From the NCBI GenBank assembly GCA_002189035.1, contig NEEC01000007.1:620001-684000 (forward strand): a stretch of DNA of 64,000 bases. Reading direction: 5' to 3'. This DNA is from Utricularia gibba. Taxonomy: Eukaryota > Plantae > Magnoliophyta. This document shows positions 55,268 to 64,000 of the stretch, piece by piece. Positions within the stretch are counted from its first letter, which is position 1; every line of letters starts with the position of its first letter. The notes under the pieces are model-generated. The model made no database searches and had not been told where the DNA came from. It saw only the letters and a list, made by a program, of their open reading frames with translations. The position numbers and the translations under genes were made by a program.

Positions 55268-55449
55268 TGATGTCATGTACGTGAATAGAAGGCTTCCACA
55301 CCATTCTTGATGACGTCATAATTCACGAAACCGCGTCACAGGTCAGCAGTTTCCGTCGAGCTTGTTGGCTGCCACCTAATGAATGCTTAGATCGCGACAC
55401 GTGTCTCCTGTGATAATGGGTTGACCTGGTCAAGACAAGACCGTCGTCA
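55268..55449 (-). promoter_or_regulatory. Cluster of bZIP/TGA, G-box and W-box motifs upstream of CYBDOM
   Basis: TGACGTCA at 55311-55318, CGTCA at 55334 and 55445, CACGTG at 55398-55403, TTGACC at 55421-55426, all within 140-320 bp of the ATG. Confidence 0.45.
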
Positions 55450-56256
55450 ACGCTCAGAATGCTTTGGTCTCACTCCTAACCGTCTTGAAAAGCACCTCAT
55501 TATCAATATAATATATATATATATACGTTTTTTTTCATAATTCCTATGTGGGCTTGGGCCTCAACATTGTAGAAGACGAGTCATCAATTTCGTCTCCATG
55601 CCAATTCAATCCCTGGGCTCTAATTCCACATTTTTATTGAATTTATGGAAAAAAAAAATCATAAGATTTTACTTAAGTTGGATAGAAATTTTTCTATTCA
55701 ATTAAACCCTAAAACCACACACAATCTTTAATAAAATTATCAAAAGTACTTTTCAAGAAATAAAACTAGCGAAACCTATAATAAAATAACGCCGTCAATT
55801 CGAAAATAGTCATCAAAATATCATAATCTGAACATTATGAGATCGAAATCGAGATCTTAGATTAGTAAAATTAGAATCATGGGGCATGGTTTTGGATTGA
55901 TGGGATGAACCTTGCCGGAGAAAAGGGGAGTATACACGCTTGATGATGGACGTGAATTGGAAAGCTTGTGGGAAGTGGGAGCCGTGATGGATGAAGAATA
56001 GCATGTGGCTTTCAATTGCACGGACAAAGGTTTCCAAATCAGCGGTATGGGGACCAATCAAATGAAAGCAGAGCACTGCACCACACTCACCGTAGCATAA
56101 CGTCACAACAGCACATTACATCACAACACGACACACTCTTGAGGGGAAACACCAAGTTATTGAACCCAAACACCCTGATCACAACCAAAGTATGAGTAAC
56201 AGAGAGGTTTGAAGCCAGAGGAGATGGCGAAATATACCGCTGATGGCGCCGGGGAG

Positions 56257-57296
56257 TCACTCCGCCGTCTCCGATGGAGTTTCGGCGGCGGCTTCCACTG
56301 TGGCAGGGGCTTCCTCGGAGGTGGGCTCTTCTGCCACTGGCTCCTCTGGTGTTTCTGCCTCCACGGCGTGTTCCTCTGTCACTGACTCTTCTGGTGCTTC
56401 TTCAGCAACTGGCGGTTCTGCCTCCACGGCGGGTTCCTCTGTCACTGCCTCTTCTGGTGTTTCTTCAGCAGCTGGGGTTTCTGCCTCCACGGCGGGTTCC
56501 TCTGTCACTGCCTCTCCTGGTGTTTCTTCAGCTGCTGGAGTTTCTGCCTCCACGGCGGGCTCCTCTGTCACTTCCTCAGCCAGAGTTTGTTCGGGGACGA
56601 CCTCCTCTGGCACTTCCTCCGCGGTTGATTCTTCAACTGCTGGAGTTTCCTCCGTTACTTCCCCCGCTGGTGTTTCTTCAACTGCCGGAGTTTCCTCGGT
56701 TACTTCCTCCCCGGGTGTTTCTTCAACTGCTGGGGTTTCCTCGGTTACTTCCTCCGCGGCCGTTTCTTCAACAGCTGGAGTTTCCTCCGTTACTTCTTCC
56801 GCCGGCGGTTCTTCAACTGCTGATGTTTCCTCCGTTACTTCCTCCCCCGGCGTTTCTTCAACTGCCGGAGTCTCTTCCGTTACTTCCTCCACAGCGGGCT
56901 CTGTTACTTCCTCAGCAACGGGCTCTGCTGCTTCTTCAGCCACCGGTTCGACCACCTCCGTCTCTGTTGTCGGGACTGGAATCTCAACCTGCTAATCAAA
57001 ATCACCCATACATCACAAGAAAACCAAAACCATAAAAAAAACACCGATCCCACTTTCCAAACATTTTCCGATCAGCATAATTACAGATCTCCCAGGTGAT
57101 GATCACGATCAAGAACCCCAAGATCCGCAATGAATCAAAGAAATTCCATTAACCAAACCAAAAAGTTTTTTCCTTTACAAGATCCAGAATACAGCGCCCA
57201 TGTTTACACACGAAATCGAATCAATTAACACTACAACTACAGTCCCTGAAGTTGGATCTCATCCTGTTCTCAGATGAATACCTCAGGAGTAGCCAT
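56257..57296 (-). CDS. Glu-rich intrinsically disordered protein, CCaP/Hev b 5-like
   Basis: Micro-exon ATG GCT ACT CCT GAG (57296-57282), intron, then exon 56991-56257 with (V)TEETPAVEE repeats. The MATxE|xVE start and two-exon layout resemble the CCaP/Hev b 5 family. Confidence 0.75.
56330..56890 (-). repeat. Coding tandem repeats: about six 45-bp units and about four 63-bp units
   Basis: 15-aa unit EEVTEETPAVEETPG (about 56620-56890) and 21-aa unit EAVTEEPAVEAETPAAEETPG (about 56330-56575). Confidence 0.9.
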
Positions 57297-58339
57297 TTTT
57301 CCAGCAACCAGGAACTGAAGAGAAAAGGAGACAGGGACCAAAAGAAGCTACACACAAAATGGTGCATTGGAAGGCAGAGCTGGATGGGGTATTTATACTA
57401 CAATTTTCAGTTGCTTTTTTAGCACCGCGTGTGTACGAATAAATAAAAAAGGACTATTTCCTATTCTCTTACAAACCACATTACTACATAACGGACTACA
57501 ATACACCACATGACATGGACTGACATAGGTCATAATGACACCCATCGTGGCCTAACAATTTGTTAGGATTCAATTAATCGCAACACTTGGTAACATCATA
57601 CATTACATTCTTATCTCATCAAACGTAACACGGATTTGTCAATGGATCGTGTTTACTTGCTCGAGATTGTGGTAGTGATTAATTTTCTAAACGACTATTT
57701 GATGGATGAATTAAAAATTTAGCTATGTTTTAAACATTATTTGAAAAAAATGGTCATTTTATGTATATTTTTTGTTTAAATATGTGAAAAAGATTGTGGT
57801 AATGACCATTTTTCTAAATGACCCGATTTTGATAAATTTAATAAAAGTTTTCTGGTTCAATTTGTACTAGTTGATCGTGATTTGAACCATGAATCAAACG
57901 TTTATTTTATTTAAAAGATTATTTTTTGAATATTTTTCTTATAAAAGAACATTAGATCATGATTTAATTGTAGTTAAATTACGATTATATCACTATTTCT
58001 TTTGTTTCTATTTTAAAATTTAATTTACTTCATCATAATTGATTCACAATTAAAATAATTATACTTGATTTTAAATACTAATTTTAAGTCTCTAAAAAAT
58101 ACAAGAAAATAAATCCAATCCATGTCAATTTTTTAAGATAATTGGTTTTTTTTTTAGAATAAACAGGATTTGTTTGTCGTTTGAGTCAACTTATTAATTT
58201 TTCCATAAGAAGATAAAGATTCCGACATTTAAAATGGAATATTTAATTCCTGATGCATATCTTTACCGCCAAAATGTTTTAAAAAATGAGGCTCCAGTTC
58301 ATCCAGAGTAAGATGTTCCGACACGGCAGCTTTGCTAGA

Positions 58340-59180
58340 AAGTGGCACGCTCGTGACGCGGGCCCCATCGCCCACCTGTTGCCACGTTGGATCAATATCA
58401 TCCGCTCGACGTGCCCCGTGCCCGCTAGGCTTCCGCCTTTATTTTTTTATTACAATTTGGATTTTATTTTCACATACTTGATCACTTTGTGTTACTTGAA
58501 ATTTGAAAAGGGGTTGTTATTAATTTCTTCATATAACGAAAAAATGAAACATTATTTTATTTCATTTTGGAGCATTGAATATAGGGGATGGTGAGTGGCG
58601 GTGTGGTAAATTGGGAGGAAAAATGTGTATGGACGGTGGGGTGGGCCCACACCTGGGCCCCCCTGATTTTGATCTTACAGCACTCGTCCTACAATATTCT
58701 CAACCTCGGTACCAAAATATAAAGTTTTTTGCCCAACTTTTTCCCCGTCGGCCGATGCCTTTTCACTACGACCACACACATCGTATGTTTCTACTCATTG
58801 TTGCAAATTTCGGATTTCGAATTTGATCCCAAAATCAAAATGTCGATCAAATTTCGGAGAAATTCAAAATCCGAAATTTCATGAAATTCTAATTTTGGAT
58901 ATATTTTTTTTACTGGGAGGTAAACTGATGTATAAAAAAAAAACTTTCTAAATTTGAAATTCGGTGTGAATAGTTTTTTTTTTCCAAAAACAACAAAAAA
59001 AAAGAAAAAAAAAAAAGGGGAAATCGGCGTCGTTGGTACAAAGGATTTTAGTGAGACGAGGACAGCGGCACACTATTTCAACGACAATGCTGACAGGGAC
59101 GGGGCCATGTGGGCGGGGCTGCAAGAACCCAACTGGATCGCTCGACACATGACCACGATTCACGTGGGTCCCACGTGGAA
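58340..59180. promoter_or_regulatory. GC-rich islands with TCP and G-box palindromes (candidate enhancer)
   Basis: GTGGGCCCAC at 58641-58650, CACGTGGGTCCCACGTG at 59161-59177, and further GGGCCC sites near 58370 and 58655, embedded in AT-rich DNA. Confidence 0.45.
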
Positions 59181-60039
59181 TCTTTCCCTGATTCATACAT
59201 TCTTTTTTTCCAAAGTATTTCTTGTCTTTTAATTTTTTTTTCACTGATTTTCGTGGAAGGAAATTCCAGGCCGTGATTAGTGGTACGAGATTCTTGTTTG
59301 AAGAAACCTAAAAAATGATAATTTCCCCAAATAAATAATAGTAATAAATGCATGGGCAGCAAATTGAGGGGCAGTTCACTGTCCGCGTCATTCGATTTCG
59401 TCTGTAGATGCAACGAGTGTCAGGCCCAGAAAGGTAATTTCCCAATGCACTCACATGCAAAGAGTATTAATCATTTCATATATGCTTGGAAATTGATTTC
59501 ATTGTCATTTGTAAATGAGATAATGCTTGATTTTTAAATAATATATTAGATTTTAAATTATTTAAATGAGATGAGATTTGAGGAAATTTTGTTAAAAAAT
59601 TATTATTTTCGATTATATTACAAGAGGATGAAATTTGTAAGTAAAATTTGTCGGAGGGTATAATAATGAGTGAAATATTACACTTTTACCCCCCACAATG
59701 ATGTGGATATGTCGACCACCCAATCAGTAGTTGTGTACAAAGGCGCTTGGAATTGATCCCCAACAAACTTAATTTTTACCCGACATAATTTGTTCTAGTG
59801 ATTCGTTCTTTCAACATCGCAATCTCATCAACCAAATTCGCCATCTCCTCAACAAAGTTTTGATACGTCGATTTTCATGTTGTAGCATTTGTCGTAACGA
59901 CAAAGTGATATTGGAGCTTAATCCTATCGAAACTACGAAGTTAAGCATGATTGAAGTATAAGGTTGTAGTAACCACAAAATCATGTTTTCGAGTTTAGAA
60001 AAAACGAACAATATCATATAAGATATAGATTCGCATTTG

Positions 60040-60390
60040 AATGGGAGGATGGGAGGACGGTTGTGATGATGAAGAATGGGAAACAGGGAGTCAATTTGGG
60101 CCAGGGGAGTGGTTTTTTCAAGAGCATTCCGTAGTGTCTCAATGCAACTTTGTCTCTGATTCCTGGGACACCGTACATCATCATATGTGCACAGAATCAA
60201 TACAATTCGATTCGCTTTGTGGAAAGCCAAAGCGCATGATGTCCTTTTGGTTGGATTATTAATGGAAATTTTTTGTTATATAAATTTTTTTTGGGTCATT
60301 GAGTATTGCGAAGTTGATGCAATTATTTTCGTACATGATTTGTCTAAATTGGACATTGGAAATGGAGATGCCTTGTCGGTGGTTTTGTAA
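60040..60390 (+). mobile_element. Possible degenerate LINE RNase H-like fragment
   Basis: Translation KAHDVLLVGL...EVDAIIFVHDL loosely follows the AExxALxxGL...ExDxxxxVxxL pattern of plant non-LTR RNase H-like domains. Weak. Confidence 0.22.
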
Positions 60391-60570
60391 TTGGGCTGGC
60401 GGAGTATCCTATGTTTTGGTTAGCTAAAGAAATTGGGCCCTTTTATTTGGGCTGATTTGGGGTTCTTGGGACAATACTGCTTTTTCTCAAGCCCCATGTG
60501 GGATCAGTAGCTATCCAAACCCACGGCTTGGCTCCGGCGGCTGCTTACCAGTTCTCGCGGTTGGGTAAAA

Positions 60571-61482
60571 ATGGCGCAGGTTCTGGGTATGACGCCTCCG
60601 CCTCCGGGAGTTCATGAGCATAGCCGGCGTTGTTGTTTACGTGACGGAATAGCGGTACATCGTGATTGGGATTCCATCTCTCGTTCGTTCCAGTGCGGCG
60701 GCCGGTTTTCTTGCCTCTTCTCGGACAATAGGAAACAGGTTCTTGCCCAATTTCTGCTCGTCATTTCCAATTCCGATCAGAATCGCAACAAGAGAGGCTT
60801 CTTTGGCGGATATGTATTACCGTCGGTTTAGAATTTCAAGAAACTAGAAACGGCTTTGCTGTTAGACAGTGTTGCAATGATTTTTAGGTCCCGAGATTTC
60901 TCGGAACTGAAAATGCCGTGTTTAATGATTCTTGTGTTGGAGAACACAATCTTGATACCTTGGTTTCAGGAGCAAGCTAGAAAGGCACTCGAAAGTGCAC
61001 TTGGTGAAAAGAAACCCGAATTCGAGAAATGGAGCAAAGAAATCAAAAGAAGAGAGGAAGCAGGTGGAGGAGGGAATTCCGGTAAAGGTGGCTGGTTTAG
61101 GTGGGGTGGATCAGATGATGAAAACTTCTGGCAAGAAGCAAAGCAAGCAAGTCTTGCGATTCTCGGCCTCGTTGCCATGGTAACCTTCGCAGTCTTGTCT
61201 CTCGAGTGCTTTCCTTGACTGCATTCTGCTCATTTGCTAATGGAAGCATGCTGCTATCTATCTATGAATGAACAGTATCTCGTAGTGGTAAAAGGAGACG
61301 CCATCCTCGCAATCGTTTCCAATCCTTTGCTGATTGCTTTGCGGAGTATACGAACCTCATTTGAGTTGCTGACATCAAAGATGACGACCCAGAGGGCTGG
61401 GAGTTTCAATGAGTCACAAGAGGGAACTGCTGCTCCTGTCTCGGCAAAAGACAGTGTGATCGGAAAATGGCGAAATGCCTGA
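60571..61482 (+). CDS. Conserved plastid-type membrane protein of unknown function
   Basis: Exons 60571-60738, 60970-61179, 61276-61482: MAQVL...GRFSCLFSDNRKQ|EQARKALESALGEKKPEFEKWSKEIKRREEAGGGG...FWQEAKQ|YLVVVKGD...NPLLIALR...SAKDSVIGKW. Confidence 0.82.
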
Positions 61483-62355
61483 TTGAGTTGTTCTGCAGCT
61501 GCTTCGTTGAAAGATCACATTTTTCCCTCACCATGACGATCGTTGATGCTTGTTGAGCAAATTTGGTCTTTTCATTATGGAAACTACAGTAAAAATTTGG
61601 TATAGTTTTTCGAAAATTGTTTTTTAAAAAATAAATTTGAGTTTTTGAAATATTTGTAAAATTATAAGTTATTTCATAAAAGATTCTTTAAAAATGGTAT
61701 TAGTATCAAATATGAACGATTTTTATTTTAAAAAATTTAAAATTATTTCAAATTTAATAAATTGAAAAATATTATTTTCTTAATTTCAGAAGTAATTATC
61801 TAAAGCTTTTCTCAAAATTTTATGTCAAGTAGAATCTAATCATGGTTTCAAAAATGATAATTAATTTAATTAATATGGTGGGACATAAATGTGATTTAAC
61901 AATTTATGTTTGATAATAAAAAAATATTACAATATTAAGATTAATTGTGTTCGTTTGGACAATAGATTTCTGGGATTGGGAATTGATTGTGGAAATTGTT
62001 TTTTTTATAGTGTAAAATTGTGATGCCCACGATCCGCGGATGACCACAAGACCATTGAAGGCAGCATTCGCTGCTCCTACAGAAATCTCTCTCTCCCGTC
62101 TTTAAGTTTTGGTTTCACCACTCCTTTTCAAAGCTTGTTTCTGGGGACCCTTTGTTTTCCCATTGAGGCTTTCATTGGATTCTTTCTGCTTTGGGTTTGC
62201 ATTGCTCCGATTTTCGCCTTTTTCTCGTTTTGAGGAAGGTCATTCCTTTTGCTTCTTTGTGGCATTGCGAATCACGGGTTCTGTTTGTAGTCCTTCTTTT
62301 ACAGACCCTGACTGAGAAAAAAAAGAAAAACGAACTCTTTGAATTTTTACCGTTA

Positions 62356-63820
62356 ATGTCTCTGTCCGTTGGAGGTGTTTCTGGCTCTGAAACCATGGGG
62401 TATGACGACAAAAAGGAGGAAGAGATGAATCCGGGTTCGGAGGGGAACAAATCTGGGCCTGGGTTGCAGAATCCTGATCCGGAAATTGCGCCCGAAACTG
62501 GAGGTGGGGTTAGCCGGCAAATGAGTGAAAATTCTTTGTATACGACAGACGATGAAGATGATGAGGAGACTGAATCGAGGATTCAGTTGGGCCCTCAGTG
62601 TACTCTAAAGGAATTGTCTGAAAAGGACAAGGTTTGTTCGTATGCTTGTTGTGTTTTATCTCTCTTAACATTTCCGCCTCTTTTCCTGCTTGATTTCGGT
62701 TTCCATTGAGGTTTCAGGACGATGAGAGCTTGAGGAGATGGAAGGAACAACTTCTTGGCACTGTGGATATGGAATCTGTTGGAGGTTGTTAGTTTTTTTA
62801 TTTTTCTGTATCTTGAGTTCCTTGCTCATTGTTAAAGTTTTTCAAAATGTATTGACAGAGCTTGGCATGGTTTACTAGTTGCAAAACTAGATTGCTACAC
62901 CAAGAGTTACCATTGAGGTTTAAAACATCAGTTTGATAACAAAACGCGTGTAGCAAATTCTTTATTTTTCATCGCTAGAACCAATCCAAGGAAGTCTGTG
63001 GACAAGTTAGGGGTTTAAGCTGGCACATAATTGTGTTGCTACATTGATCCCTTCCATTGAGTTGATTGATGATTGCTTCATTTGGCCAACTGATACTTCA
63101 ATGTGCTCTGATTTCTAGAGATTTGTAACCAAATCCTTATTTCTTCTGTTTTGAAGAAACACTTGACCCTGAAGTGAAGATCCTGAGCCTTGCCATCAAA
63201 TCTCCCGGTAGGCAAGACATTGTTCTTCCGATTCCTGAAACTGGAAACCCGAAAGGTACATGGTTCGTGTTGAAAGAGGGGAGCCATTATAGTCTTCAGT
63301 TTACATTTAGAGTCAGCAACAACATTGTATCCGGCCTCAAGTATAAGAACACTGTTTGGAAAACCAGCATCAAAGGTTCGTTTCCCATCTCCACTTTCAT
63401 AGTTCAGAGTCTGAGAAGCAGATGTTGAATCCATATCTTATCTCACCTTTGTTTCAGTGGATCACAACAAAGAGATGATTGGAACCTTCAGTCCTCAGTC
63501 TGAACCTTACACACATGAAATGCCAGAGGAGACCACTCCTTCTGGCTTATTCGCCCGGGATCTTATTCAGCAAGAACACTGGTAATTCATTTTCACCTGA
63601 TATGAAGCATGTACTAGCTGAATATGAGCAGAAAATGTCCACAAATTGATTACTTATGAACTCTGTTCTCCTTGGTTTAACCTCCACATGATATATTTCT
63701 GGGGAAAGAGCAGTGACATGATGATGCTTATGCTGTGTGCAGTTTGTTGATGATGATGACAGATGCTACTTGGAACTCAACTACACATTTGACATCAAGA
63801 AGGAATGGCAGACAATATGA
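62356..63820 (+). CDS. Rho (ROP) GDP-dissociation inhibitor
   Basis: IQLGPQCTLKE...KDK|DDESLRRWKEQLLG, EPEVKILSL-like (DPEVKILSL), FVLKEGSHY, VSNNIVSGLKY, EMIGTFSPQSEPY...EETTPSG, FVDDDDRCYLELNYTFDIKKEW. One-base frameshift at 63557-63559. Confidence 0.93.
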
Positions 63821-64000
63821 TCCAATGTTTCTAGAAGAATGTAGCTTCTGTTGTGCTGAACATCAACATGCTTCATCTTTAGACTATGTTTTACGGTGCT
63901 TTTGTGATAACTTTTAGACTGAAGAGAATTTGATCCCTTTTGCTTTGTTGGGCTTTTTAAACGGGCCGATAGGTTGTTACTTAATTGGGCTTCGTAAAGA

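Noticed and set aside
56988-56993. NAGNAG tandem acceptor (tagcag) in the Glu-rich gene
   Set aside because: Would only add or remove one Gln; common in plants and of little consequence.
56243-57035. Two long plus-strand ORFs (250 aa Ser/Ala-rich and 253 aa Leu/Pro-rich)
   Set aside because: Antisense shadows of the GAG/GAA-rich repeat gene on the minus strand, which has the proper micro-exon, splice sites and family resemblance.
60062-60160. Possible C/D snoRNA (tgatga ... ctga, about 95 nt)
   Set aside because: No convincing terminal stem and no rRNA/snRNA-complementary guide recognised; these short motifs occur by chance.

Overview
Gene-dense plant (eudicot) nuclear DNA with about 24 intron-containing protein-coding genes in 64 kb (roughly one per 2.7 kb), very short introns (down to 56 nt) and AT-rich spacers. 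This fits a miniature genome; Lentibulariaceae is a guess, not established. Genes in order: PFA-DSP phosphatase (5' truncated), KDM3-type JmjC demethylase, HT1 kinase, a conserved unknown protein, a SOBER1/TIPSY1-like carboxylesterase, COX6B, a PHL-type MYB-CC factor, a RING-vWA protein, GAUT4, a COL9-like BBX-CCT factor, two tandem OPT1/5-clade transporters, a D6PK-type kinase, a WEB-family protein, ALKBH2 head-to-head with TRM10, OPT3, Ycf33, a coiled-coil unknown, a small protein with an EAR-like end, a DOMON-cytochrome b561, a Glu-rich CCaP/Hev b 5-like protein, a plastid-type membrane unknown and RhoGDI. No rRNA, tRNA or CRISPR array was found. About 14 frameshifts, nearly all restored by adding one base to a short G/C run, most likely reflect unpolished long-read errors rather than pseudogenes. 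The most promising hypotheses are: (1) the JmjC gene, which has a fold-back element upstream and a 1.8-kb, possibly TE-bearing intron splitting its catalytic domain, reminiscent of IBM1 feedback control; (2) the OPT tandem pair with a shared TATA-proximal element; (3) a lysine-free hyperacidic repeat protein; (4) a strong-context uORF before HT1; (5) a membrane-anchored esterase carrying the SOBER1-type Phe. No clearly new biological system can be demonstrated from the sequence alone. All family assignments and Arabidopsis comparisons are from recalled sequences, not database searches.
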